Source of the DNA: Paragordius varius
Taxonomy: Eukaryota; Animalia; Nematomorpha
Length of the DNA stretch: 64,000 nt
Direction of reading: 5' to 3'
Assembly: GCA_964247055.1 (NCBI GenBank)
Contig: OZ176050.1
Span: forward strand, 8,370,001-8,434,000
A program made the position numbers and the translations under genes. How positions within the stretch are numbered: the first letter of the stretch is position 1; the number at the start of each line of letters is the position of its first letter. The notes below the pieces were generated by a model. It made no database searches, had not been told where the DNA came from, and saw only the letters and a list, made by a program, of their open reading frames with translations. This document shows, piece by piece, positions 29,777-43,526 of this stretch.

Positions 29777-32053
29777 TTACATGCAATTAAAATAGAAAAG
29801 TTTAAATCTAAGATTAGATAAATCAGAATTAGTTATCTTGTATTTTTAACTGCAAACAAGCACCCAACTAGTCTGCTATTACTAATAAAGACAGTTCAAA
29901 CAAGCTATATATTTTATTAGGGTTAAAAATTTTCTGTTATAGTTAATTGAATTTTTAAATAACATTATTATACAGATTTTAAACAATTTATGCAAATGTC
30001 GGATAAATTAATGCAAAAATCTATATAAAATTTTATTTTAATTAATTATTTTCGTAAATTTAGAGATAATATTTACATTCTATTGTTGTTAATAAGGGAT
30101 AAATTAGTCATTTTGTCGATTTTACTGGATATAACTGTGAGAACCTTATCTTAAGGACTTAGGAACCGGTTATCAATATATTTAGGAACCCCTACTTCTA
30201 ATTTTCCGAAAAGTAAAACGGATAAAAATGTTATTAAACATCTTTATGAGCATGCGCTAATTAAGCAGAAAATACTTTCGATTTAAAGGATTTCAAACAA
30301 TTAATTCCTAATAAAGAAAAAGTAAATGTTTATTATAAAATATGAAGAACCACTATCATCATTCTTTTCTAATTGTAATTACCTTCCTTTTAACAGAGTT
30401 GTTCGGCGTAACACGCTGAAGTGATTGATTGGACAAACAATAATAAAATTTCACACATATTTTACAAATAACACCTTGAAACTTATTTAACATCCGTCTA
30501 CATAATATTCGTCTACAATTTGACTTTTTCGTGCAAATTGTATAATGAGTCAAAATTAAAAGTTCTCTTGATAAAATAAATTTTCGTAAATTAGCGAAAA
30601 TTTATTAAGGTTAGTCGAAGGTGATTTAATAAAATAATTTTACAGTTATTTTAAAGGATCAAGCGTATTATAATTACTCTAGAATATCATTTTGATGATA
30701 TATAGTTTTATAATAACTTACTTATAAATTATTTAAACAAAAGTGTTAAAATTTAATAATTATATTTTTTTTTCAAGACGTGCAACCACCACGCATTTTT
30801 TATTATTCACACCTTTATTTTGTAACTTATTTATCATAATAATTGTTCTCTCCATAAATATCTGGTCATTTAAAATTTTTAGCCTTAATTTTTGCAGCCA
30901 AAGAACAGCATAAAAATAAAAATACTATGAAATTAAAAATTTATATAATTTTTTTACCAGCGTCACAGTTTATCTCATAAATATTTTATCTAATAATATG
31001 GCATTGCATTGAGTCTGTAGTAAATAAATTTTGCCCACTAAACCTTATTGTATGGAAATAGTTTATGCAAAACCACATCTTCCGCAAATCTCGTGATAAT
31101 TACAAGAAATAGATAGGTCTGATTGTTAAGCTTTTTGGATTATATTTGAAAAAATATGCAATGGTTTTGGATTTTTTGCCTTGATGTATAAATAAAGTTG
31201 TTGCTCTACTAATAAAATTTAATTGGGATATATAAATAGTTGAAGTTAACGAAAATAGGTCGCTATGCCAATTTTAATATAAAATTTATTTAACTACACG
31301 GCCTGTTTAAGTATAATTAGTATTTGAAATTACAGTTTTTTGCTTATTAAGGGTAACTTTAATTGTTTTATGTACTATACTTTCTCATTCGCCTGCTCAG
31401 GGCTGACACAAAATGCTGAAAATTTACGCAGTTTTAGATTCGACAGGCCACTCACATGCAGAGAGTGCAAGATCTCAATTCCTTAAACCAGTTTTTCTCA
31501 ATTTCGACTATGCCTCCCCCCCTTTTCAAATATTTTGCTACCATTAACCTTAATTAAAAAAGGAAATTATGCTGGAGAAACTAATCCCTTTAAAACTTTA
31601 ACCATTTAATATAGTTACTCCAAATTTTAAAATTTAACATAGCAGATAAAACTTTAAATCAGTAGAATTCCAAAAATTACATCCTGATTAAATTTTTCAT
31701 ACCAGAGCTTCGATAAACCACAAACATAGGGTTCAGTGTGGTGTGAGTATTATGCAAGCTGTCGAATGCCCAGGACTAGCAAGACTCTGAATATTAAAGT
31801 TTAGACCACCGAAGTCTTGAATCAGTGGTTAAACTTTAAATCTAAAAAATTTTAAAAAACGCCCACTGAGCCCTTGATGTTCCAACACTGGCTGGAAAAT
31901 CCGATTACAGCTATAAATCAACACATGCATTTGTAAAACTTTTCTTAATAGTAAAGGTATTCGAGGTTATTTTATAAAGGCAATGCCGCATAATTTTTAG
32001 CAAGTGTCAAAGAAAGCTTAAACTAACAGCAAAATATTTTTATGCCATATATA

Positions 32054-33845
32054 TAGGGTGACCAGGCGTCCAATCGGTAGCTTATATATTAGTTCAAAAA
32101 TATGAGTACAAAAATAGAATTTCCTTTTATCAAAAAAACGAAGAATGAATCATGTGTTAAATGTTCTTATGCGAGGGGGGATTCACCCTATCACATGACC
32201 ATAAAAAATGTTTATATAAGGTGGCATCAACTTAAAAAATTAGCGATTTTTATCGAAAAACCGCTTTTGGAGAGGAAGAAAAGAATTTGGCACTAGCCGA
32301 AGGCGTTATCTTATCACGCCGTTAATCTCAATCATTCCTTTAGATCTATGGATTGTACCTCACAGGTTATTCGTGCCGGTACAAAGGCTGAAGCCATCGT
32401 ATGCAATGTCTTTTCGAAAGATTTGCAGAAAAAAAATTTCATATCGCTATACTCTTATGCATCAAATCACAAGGAAAACAAAATTATTTCCCACTTTAAT
32501 AAGATATTTTGATCCAGAAACCGGTGTAAAAGATTTTTTTTATTTCTCTACCCGATGAAAATTCCGACATAATTTTTACTTCAATAATGAATATCTAGAA
32601 AAAAATAATTTAACATCGCATATTGCGCTGACAACACCAATACGAGCTTCGGTGGAAAAGCAGGGAGAGGAACAAAATATTTTCCATAAATTAGCAGATA
32701 ATCTTAATCAAAACATTATTGGCGTTGGGTGTGCAGCTGATTTGTTACCCCTAGATGTGGAAAATGTAGTTGTGAAAATATATTCCTATTTTTATATACA
32801 CGGTACGCGTTGAAACGCAAGAATTCTGTGAAAATGCAGACAATATCAAAAAAGGCTTGGATTTTGTAAAACTCGTTGGTTAGCTCTTCTGCCAGCTATC
32901 GAAAGAATTTTAAAAATGTATTATTCTTTAAAATCCTATTTTTTATCACAGGACAAATGTCCTGCAACTTTGGAAAAGTTTTTTGAAAGTGATTCTTCAA
33001 AAATATGGTTAGAATTCTTACATAATCAAGCTTCTCTCTTTCAAAATGTCATTTAATTGATAGAAGGTGACGAAATTTCGGCAATCGAAGTAACAAATGA
33101 AATTAGTAACCTAAAATCCAATGGAAATTCGCAATAGAAAAACAAGGCTTAATAAATCGCCAAGATATCCTGTACCATATAAAATTGTTTTATACAAGCT
33201 GTAAAGATTGGAAGATTGGACGGGGCAATTCAATGAAATTGATCATTTTCGTTAAATAACATTAAAACCAGAATTTAATTGGTGTGATGGTAAATAATCA
33301 TTTGATTACATCTGCATCAAAAAGTAATCTTTCAAATGATATTTTTTCTGAAGTATCATTAGTTAAAAAATTATAAATAATTAAAAACTTAAATTATGGA
33401 CAACAGAAAAAAATACAGTAGAAAAGAAATGGTTAGAAATATTTCATCATTTTGAAACAAACTATATTCCATTCAATAATATTTTAAAAATTGTGGAATT
33501 TGCACTATCTTTACATGGAACCAATGCTGCTACTGAGCGCGTTTCCACAGTAATCAGGGTGTGGACATCGGAATAATCAAAATTAAATGTTGAAACTTTA
33601 AAGGCTACTTTATCTGTCAAATATATTTGGACAAATTATTGTGAAGCTTCTACAATATTTTAAAAAATGATGAGAATCTGCTAAAACGCATTCACTTAAA
33701 TAAAAAATACCAAGGAATAACATATTTTCTTATATTTAAAATGTATATATTACAATAAATTTTTTGTATAAAAATTTGTACCTCCATACCCCCGCCCTTT
33801 CTCAGATTTGTCCCGCTTTTTCCTTCAAAAAATCTGGTCACCTTA
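32054..33845 (+). mobile_element. Decayed hAT DNA transposon (Blackjack-like TIRs) with transposase pseudogene
   Basis: TIRs TAGGGTGACCAG and CTGGTCACCTTA; perfect 8-bp TSD CATATATA (32046-32053 and 33846-33853). Frameshifted transposase remnants include DNTNTSFGG, IIGVGCA, KTRWLALLPAIERILKMY and the C-terminal FALSLHGTNAATERV...VWTSE...LNVETLKATL. Confidence 0.92.
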
Positions 33846-36800
33846 CATATATAACACTTCAATTAAAGTTTATGTTAAGTATTTAATGTAAGAAACAGTG
33901 TCTAAATTATTTGGTTAGCTAATTAATTTCACCTTTTCCTGGATAATTATTATCCGAAACCTCTGCTGATGAGTTTTTTCGGAGACCAGATGATCCAAGT
34001 ATAATATTTTTTCAATTTCATTGGATTAAATTATCATTCCGTATAACATTTAAAGTTTTTAGCTAAAATTGTATCACTGTATATAATGCCAAAAATATTT
34101 TTTGGAAAGTATTTTGAGATTTTATGAACAGTTGCAAAGCATGGTGAATTAGACTTATAGAACCTCTCTTAGTTCATAATCATTATGGGTGAATATCAAT
34201 TTTAAAATGATTCTGATTAAAATTTAAATATGATTGTATAGCACAGAAAACAAAATTGGGTCATAAAAATATGTATAATCTGGAATAATGCATCATAATT
34301 CTTTTCGTTCGGTGGTCTACGCATCTTTAAAAAATTTAAACTATAGCGCATATTATAGTTTATGTTGGCAAATGCAAAATGCTTCAAACCAATTTTTTTG
34401 TTAAATAAATCTAATTAATTATATTTAACAAAACAGCTTGTAATTTTTCGAATGTTCTTAAAACTTTTAAATAAACTGTTTAACGCAAATAACGCCCAAT
34501 TCGAATTTTTGATATATGCTAGTTTTAACATAAAAATAATTAAGGAGCACACCTGTATACATATTTTTTAGCAAAACTTTGCATGTAAATAACATGCTGA
34601 AACGGTATAAAATAATTTTAATATTATAAAAATTATTCTTTAAATACATTTTTAAATTTTTTTATAATTCTTTCAATTATTAGTTTTAAATATTTGGAAA
34701 CACTATTATATAAAAATCAAATTTGAAGGCAAGCGATTCTTTACAAAATTTCATGGTGATAGATACCTGCAGCGATTAATGCAGAAGAATGTTTTTTATA
34801 ATATTAAATGTTTTTCTATCTTAGGCAGCTAAAATCACTTAAAATACTGTAGTAAGTAAAATTTAACGTGGAAAGCAAAATATACGTTTTTGAAAAAAAA
34901 ATAGTCTGGATTTAATTTGGCATATTTTAGATCCTCGCGTATTTTTGACTTTTTTGCAAATTTTTGCTAAATGTTAAAAAATAAGTCTTTTGGAACTTAA
35001 ATTAAATATTATAAAAGTAATTTTTATAATATATAATAATATTTGGTAAGAAAATTTAGCTTCTACTAAAAAATGCTTTTGATTTATAATGAATGATATG
35101 ACTTTCTTAAATGAGTTGTTACAGGAAATTAAATTTTTTTTTGCAGTGTAAATTCATATGATCTTAACTTATTCTGTCACGTGCCGCTGTAACTTATTCA
35201 ATACAGCGATTTATAAATCGGGTCTATTAGAGATATTAATTTTGCAACAAAATCAAAATATGAAAACTGGTACAAATACAAAGATTAATAAAACGAACAA
35301 AATTGTGATGCACTTATAATACATAACAAAAAAAACATGCTAAATTCAATAGGGAAAATAGGTAGGGCATGTTAAGTTACCTTTTATGATAGGGAGCTTT
35401 AAATTTACCATTAAATTCAATTATAGCATACAACTGTTTTTATAACGCTTATCATTTTGCGGTTAAAATGTATTCAATTTTTTTAACATAATTACTTTTT
35501 AGCTATACTATATTCGCAAGTTTTTTTTCACCAAACTATTTGTCGGCTAAAGGTTTTGGAGATGTGGGAACGTTTTCACAATCTGGTATTTTGACAAAAT
35601 ATTTTTTTATGCGCATACACAATTTCGCCCAATACTCTCATATTTGGAAATCGTTCTATCCAGAATAACACACAATGTTAAAGCTGCTTCAAAATCGCGT
35701 TATTTTTGTATGATGGCGTATTGGCTCAGAATCACATCTTTTTATAATGGTGGCGAATTGTACAGAGGGAGAGACTCTACCCACGGGCCAATTGAAAAAG
35801 GGCATGCCTAAAACTTTTGCCAATAGTAGGAGTTCCCTAAAATAATTACATATTGGCTCATGGATTTTTCGAACGTTCATCAAACCATATTTTTTACATA
35901 GTGGCGCATTTTACAAAATGTGACACCCTATCCAGTGACCAAAAAAGGCGCCACAAATTATTTTTACACAGGAAATGTTATTGATTCCTTATGCACGCAT
36001 TGGTTTTGCATAATGCTTCAAAGGCAAACTTTTCGGGGGTTTTCCGGTCCCAATTAAAAAGGCGCTGGACTTAAGCCTTTATCAACCCATATGGTCATGT
36101 AAGTTTGTGCAAATTAGTTTCAAAACATTATTTTCAAATGAGGGCGCATTTTAAAGCGGATAGCGTGACCCAGCGGCAAATATAAAATAGCACTCAACTA
36201 AATTTTCCTTTATCTTGAGAATACCTTAATCATATTATGCCGTTTAAAAACTTCTACGAAATTGACCAAGATTTTATTTTCAGGGATTTTTTGCAAAAAA
36301 TGGCATTTTACGGAGGAGCATATAAATAGGGGAGTTTATGTAAAGAGGCTCGACTATAGTTCAGATATTCACAGAGGATAAAAAAATTTACTTCTGGGTT
36401 AGAATGCCACTCCCCCCCCCGTTTTCCGTAATTTTTTCTCAAAGACACGCCTAGGGGACCTACAACAATGATAAAATTTTTACTTTTGGATCTGAATCAA
36501 TATACGTGTTTTCCGGATTTTTATCTCAAAACCAGTATTCTTTGTTTTTACAAATCTATAGATAATGCAGGCCCCATAATCTTACCTCCCCAATATTTTA
36601 CTTTATTTTTATATTTTAATTGGTTCATAGTAATGTGTATGATAGCTAAGATGCCATTTAAACATTGGATAAGATACCTGAAAATGTTTTACTATATTTT
36701 AACAATTTATAATTTTTTAGTTATTCAAAATTCTTTCTACACAAATGTTAAAACTTAGCAGAAAGGGCCAAAAGCCATGTCTTCCAATCATTTTAATGTA

Positions 36801-37526
36801 CAAAAAATATTTTGTCTGGAAGTTTACTTCCATTTCTGCAAAATGTTATTTAATAAAATACATAACTTTTGAAGTGATTTAATCCATCAACATATGTTAT
36901 ATAGTAAATAAAACTTTTTTGATAACTGAATAGCTTAATGCAAAACAATATTCTTGGCCATCTACAATTGATATACAAATATATGTTTATAATAATTATT
37001 ACGTATAATAATAATAAGCACAAATACAAATTTTTTTATAAATTAGATTATATATATTGAGTAAAAGCAATGAGGATTAAATTGTAAGTCCATCGTGGTT
37101 CCAAAAAGTTTAAATTTTAAGAAAATAATTGGTATACTTTTAGACATGTTTATATTAAAGGAGAAAATTAAATAATTTTGGAGAATATATGATATGTTTT
37201 CAAATGACATGTCCTATCTTACATATCGACAAAAAATAACCTTAAGAGAAACATGAAAAGTTTAAGATTAGTAAGAAGATAATATGATTAAAAAAAATCT
37301 ATTAAATCCTATTATCATTTTTTGCAAAAGGTTATATATATATATCATTACATGACATTTACATCTCTACATATTCCCTTAACTTTCATAATAATAATAC
37401 ATAATCTATGAAAAATTTAATTAGATTTTATGTTTTTGCCTTGTCTGCTATATCCCACCATTATACTAATTTCTAGTTATTACAAAATATTTATATGTAA
37501 AAAAAACTAATACAAATATTTATTGG

Positions 37527-37528
<2 letters not shown>

Positions 37529-37589
<61 letters not shown>
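37529..37589. repeat. (TA)n microsatellite
   Basis: Direct reading, roughly 30 units. Confidence 0.95.
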
Positions 37590-37591
<2 letters not shown>

Positions 37592-40498
37592 GAAAAAGAA
37601 TATACCAAGCCATATATATATGTTCCTCAAATTTTTAATTATAAATATTAAGAACATATTAATTTTCAAATCAATCATTTGGTCAATGACTTTATGATTT
37701 TACTTTTAAATCCACTCAAAATAACTATTTTTTGCATGCCAATTTTGAGAGTAATCCTTAATATTTTGATCCATAAATGCCGTATAAATCTCAAAATACT
37801 TTTTATTAAATTAATCGTATTGCTCAATTTTAAAAAATTGTAAATATATCCCTTTTTAGCCCAAACTTATCCAAACCTCTGGAAGCTACTTTAGGTATAT
37901 TTTCAGCGATGAACAGCTCAAAAAATTAATTTAAAATTTCAATGAAATATTTTTGGAAAGATAAACAAAAATAACCAATTTTACTTCATGATCAGGAAAA
38001 TTATAAATCATTTTAAAATAATTTTTTAGTTTATTGACTCATACAATATACCGGACAGGGGCTGATTTTAAATACAGAGGTTCAAGCATTTGTGCCAATT
38101 GGTAATTTTTAATAATAACCCTCTTTCTAAATATGCCGTTAGAAATATTTCAAATAGATCAAAACAATCAAAGTACATTCGCCCATAATAAACCTACATC
38201 ATACGACAATTAATTTTTCGATTATGTTAGTAAGCTATAAATCCGCAAAAAATTGAAATCAAAAGCCATTTAATTAATATGCGGTAAACAACGTTAAACA
38301 GTTGATTGATATTATGTCAAAACGGTCAAGATTTTATCAAATATACAAAATATATTATATGATAGGGTTTAAATTAGTCCAAGAAATTTGTATCTTTTAA
38401 TTGGCGATTGCTAAATTTTAAGTATAAGGACAGGCAATTCCATCATTATTGTCAGCCAAACAAAACATAATGTTGGCTGTCACCTGTCATGTGTCGCTTT
38501 GTTAGTTATTAAATTTAGCGGTTTAGTTACTTTTATGCTAAATAATATTTAAACTCTGCCAAAATAAAAGAAAATGTTACAATTAAAATTTATTTTGCAA
38601 CGCTCAGTGGGCACAAATGGGTATTACTTCCTTTAAAAATGTAAACAGTTGCGTATCGAGTATTAGCGGCTAAGATTTTTAAAAATACCCCTCTTTCGGA
38701 AAAACCAAAATAATTAGAATGATTAGATACACATATCAGTACTTATATAAATTTATGTTTGTCCATAAAAAGTTAAATACATTTACTAGACATTTTTGAA
38801 AAAATAAGCTTTTCAAATCCGTAAAATGAAGTTTTAAAGCCATGTTGAATCAATAAGGGTTGGAGTATCGGTTATAAATGCATTGATGACCGCGACTATG
38901 ATCGCTGATACAAACAGAAAATTTTTAACATATGATTATCTCCTGTTGTAACATAAATATAATAAATCTTAAATTTAATACAAAAAATAATATCAGTTAT
39001 CTTTCTTTATGTGGTCAGTAAAATTATGAAAATAATATGATATGTTTCCTTCCCTAATAACAACCTAAATTTGTGGTATAGATTGACTGGTTGTGACTTT
39101 GAATGATTGGATCCATAAGCAGTCAAAACGGCTAGTTGTTTCCATCTGACCCAATACGGAAAGCAATGCAAAAATCAATGCTATATGATGTCTAATAATT
39201 GTTCAAAATTATAGTCAAACGGTCAAATTATTTATTAAATATAAGATATGATTAAGATTTTCAGGTATATATATTTTTTTCAAAACCATAAAAGGGTAAA
39301 GTAAACATCGAAAAAGGGTAAAAAGAAAATATTTTTGATAGAAATGTTTTTAATGTGTTTTACAGAGAACATATGGTTTAATACATAATGTTAATGTTAT
39401 ATGCAAAGTTAATTTGCTTATATAAAGTTAACTAACAAAATAATAATATATTAGAAGAAAAAGCTCTGATTTTTTACTTTTTATCATGAATATAAAATTT
39501 CGGCAGTTTCCAAAAAATGAAACATAGGAGCAAATTCACAAAATAATCTAAAAAAATATTAGGATGCAAAAAGTCTGGGATGATAATTTTTTACATCTTT
39601 TATAATAATGCACCAAAAAAGATAATGAAATCAGATTTTAGGAATTCAACTCAATACAATCGGTATTTTAATATTCAATATATGATTGCTATGTGGGAAT
39701 ATTGCAAACTTTATATTTGTTATTTTTGTACCCGTAAACCTAAAGAGAAAGGTTTAAATCATTTATAGTAACGATAATTTGATTTTTCAGCTTACAATTT
39801 ATATATAACACACTAATTAAATAAAAGGTCAAAAATTAAATTAAAAGTGATTTACAAAGCTAAAACTTTAATTAACCGTAAAAAAAGTAAACAGAGCATA
39901 TGGAAAAATCAGTTAAAACTGTTATGGTTTTCGTGCAGTAGTTTCCATAGAAATTTAATAACACATAATTTTGGCCTAGCGATAAAAACCCTGATTCGAC
40001 ACTTTCTACCTTGTTGATGACAAATAATTGAATTTATCATAGCATATTAGTTTTTGAAAAATAATCTGTATGGGCTCTATCCAATAAATTAATTTGCTTA
40101 GTTAAACTTAGAATTATTCCATCATTGGGAAAATTACAGTTTTAGATTAAGCATTGAAAATTGAAATATGTTTTTACCCACGATAATACTTTAATATAAT
40201 TCTACAATCGAGCATTGCGATGATCTCTTATTTTTTGGAGATTAATGGCATATTATAAATATTGCACAGATTTAATTAAAAATCATTTTAATTATTTTCA
40301 ATGGCTTTTAATATTCTTTTAAAGAGAGATCATATATTATAATCCACTATTTAATGAACGTCAAAATTAGCTACTATTTTTTATCTTTTTATCGTAATTT
40401 ATAATTATTTGTAAATTTGGTTGTATCGAGCCGTATTAATAGTTTCTTATTATTATACACATAAATCAATATTCCATTTTTAAATGATTACGTCAAAC

Positions 40499-40499
<1 letters not shown>

Positions 40500-40543
<44 letters not shown>
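40500..40543. repeat. (TA)n microsatellite
   Basis: Direct reading. Confidence 0.95.
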
Positions 40544-40544
<1 letters not shown>

Positions 40545-42293
40545 CTTATATGATTTGGAAAAATTATTTTATCTTTATATAGTAAAGTATAGTAGTTTAT
40601 TTTGCCTACTTAGTTTAAAAGTATAATGAAGGATAAATTTATTCATATGTTGTTATTATAAAAAAAACAGTTATACGTGTCAATATTATGTATGCGAGAT
40701 GGAATACAAATTACTAATTTCCATATATTAATATCCATTTATTATATAGGCAAATAAAATCTATTTATTTAACTATATCACTTACTAACTAACTGACTTT
40801 TTAAAAAGAGGCCCCTGTGGAGATATTTTGTGCGATTAATATAAAGACTATTAATTTTACAATTTTTGCATATAATCTCTCCAGTTCCAGTTTAAACTAT
40901 ACGTTAAAATTTATTCAATATGCATGTCAGTGTATACGCATATGTATAGATTGGTTACAAGGGATTATAACAATAACTTAATTTTTCATAAAACTATAGT
41001 TTAGTTTGATATCAGTCAAATGCCAATGAACACATACATACATATATTTAAATGTTATGATTTTAATCCAAACTTTCGTTCAAATCTGAATTAACTTGCA
41101 TAATATTAAGATAAATGTCATACATACACAAGCTAATTTCCTTCTCTTTTATATAAAAATTACAAAATTAAAGCCATATATTGACATTAGTCGGAGACAA
41201 AAACGACCAGATTTTCAAAGGTAGTTTTAAATTTGTACCCATCAGTCTTTAGGGGAGTCCAAAAGATTAGTTTAGGTGAGGGAGCCTTTCGGATGCGGTT
41301 AACTTTTTTAGGGGCCCTTGGTTTTTTGCCTGAGAGGAGAGTGTCACTTTCATATAGTTTTACCACCGTAGAGTCATGAAACGAGAATAGTCGGAAAAAA
41401 CTTTAAATTAATTTCCAATCGTTTTACAAAGAGTTTTTGGAGTTTATTTTCATATTTTTTGGGTATTATTTTTTGATTTCAGGAGTGTTACGACTAAACT
41501 ATTCAAAATAAAATATTATTTAATAATAATAATAATAATTTATTATAAGTAATTTTGGATTAAAATATCTATTTGTATTGATCCATAACTCATTTATATA
41601 ATTGTACGGATGATGTTTTACTATTTATATTAAACAAATGACAAAAACGCGTAAATTAATGGAAGTTGCTGCCAATTTTATTTTTTATTTAAATCTCAAT
41701 ATGTCATGTACGAAAAACAATTTCATATAATTTATTAAAAATATTTTCAGAGATTGTTGCACTAATATACAACTCGAACGTATATTTGATAAAAAATTAA
41801 TCAAAATTTTTATTTATATTATATATATAGTTTTTTTCATCCCAGAGACTCATATATCATTCAGTATTTATAGGGATGAGTGTTTAGAAATATATTTATT
41901 TTCAATATGCATTTATGTTAAAGTTGAATATATATGCAAGTGTCAAAATCATATTACATATATATTGGAATATGTATAGGAAGAAAGAAATGAGAAAGAA
42001 AATATTCAATAAATCACACCAAAAAAGTTATTTAGTTTTGGAATGTCCAAGTTTACAATAATCATAATAATATAGCAAATATTTTTTTATGATATTTTAT
42101 ATTATGTATGAATGAATGATTTATAACATTTCATAGGTTAATTTGGATTTAATCTATTTGTTACAGATTTTAATAATTATTGAGCAGCGATAAAGCATGA
42201 GTTGTGGCATAAAATAAATACATGTGAGTTGGTAATTGACTTGGGCGCAGTTCTACGATAACTAATAGGAAAATAGTTTCAAATATGGTTGTA

Positions 42294-43050
42294 TACCAGG
42301 TGTTTTCATAAGTTCTTACCGGTTTTTAGTAAAAAATAGTCATTTTGAAAGTGAATCAATTAATTATTTTATTCAAAATGTCCATCGGCTTCTACACGCT
42401 TTGCCTATATCTTAGGTAGTGTATGAATGGCATGTCAGAAAATTAATTGTTTTAGGCTGAAAACCATGCGCCAAGCCATACCCCCTATCTTCGAAATTAT
42501 AGAAATGCTACTCGGCGCACGCGTGAACAATTGATGCAAAGAGGTAATGGTCAGATAGCGTTAGGTCAGGCGAGTTCAGCGGTGGCTAAAAATATCTCTT
42601 TGAGGATATTTTGAAGATATTTCGAGCTGCCTTTTGCTGGTATTGCAGGGTGAGACGGATCATTGCAATGTAGCATAATCACTTTGCCATGTCTTCTGGC
42701 CCATTCCGGTCGTTTTTCGATTAATGCATGGTTTATAATCGATGCGATAATTCTTTTGAGGTTGAAGCAGGACTTTAATAATTTCTTTGCGATTTTCGAT
42801 TGACGTGCATTTAATTTGTATGGAAACAATTTACCGAGTTTATTGGTTCTCCCATCGTCGTAGAGATCTATTGATTGTTGTGATACATGTTATGCTTCTG
42901 CCGATCGCCGTTTGCAGTTGTGCGGACTACCAGAGGGCCCTTTTTTCATATGAAAATAACTTTTAATATTCGAAAACATTTACAGTGTTAATCGACAGAG
43001 AATGTTCCCCATATGTTTCTACAAATAAACGATAACTTTCGGCAGTCAAT
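42294..43050 (-). mobile_element. Decayed, internally deleted mariner transposon
   Basis: Minus-strand remnants: HQKKLTAESYRLFVETYGEHSLS (N-terminus), NHALIEKRPEWARRHGKVIMLHCNDPSH (HDNA region) and SPDLTLSDHYLFAS...AIHTLPKI*AKRVEADGHFE* (YSPDL motif and C-terminus). One TIR-like end, TA|CCAGGTGTTTTCATAAG, at 42294; the other end was not recognised. Confidence 0.9.
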
Positions 43051-43526
43051 TTCTTCTGATGGCAATGTGTGCAGCAAATGTAATTTTTAAGGCACAAAAT
43101 TTGACATATTTACTGAATGATGATAGATACTATTTCACCAAAAATATTGTAAAAATTAAAAATTACCATTTAAGTAAGAAACCAAAGAAAAAGATGACTT
43201 ATCTTTCATCAGCTGCCCTCGATATAGCCGAAAAAGAGGTATAGCTAAAAACAAACCCAATCGAAAGGAGCTTTTGGCATAAAGATTTCGATAACCAACA
43301 AAAAATTGATATAAATGCATATTACGATAATCTTTGCGATGAAAATGAAAATAAAAATAAAAAGGGTATAAACATTTTCACCTCAGTCAAACAAACTATT
43401 GCAACAAAAAAATATATTTATAAAGGCATATACTTGATTCGAATGGGATAATAATTACTGAACATAATATAATTAACAGATGGAAACAATATTCCAAAGA
43501 TCTTTACAGTAACTCAAACGTTATGT

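Noticed and set aside
30359-30553. Cys-spaced ORF (CRRILC...CKICVKFYYC) resembling a piggyBac C-terminal Cys-rich domain
   Set aside because: Spacing is imperfect, and no TTAA-flanked termini or catalytic-domain remnants were found nearby.
35560-36460. GC-enriched island with repeated GGCGCATTTT and AAAAAGGCGC motifs
   Set aside because: Probably an old transposon remnant, but no termini, TSD or coding signal could be defined.
43059-43340. Coding-like run SAALDIAEKEV*LKTNPIERSFWHKDF
   Set aside because: Contains an internal stop and has no recognisable homology or splice support.
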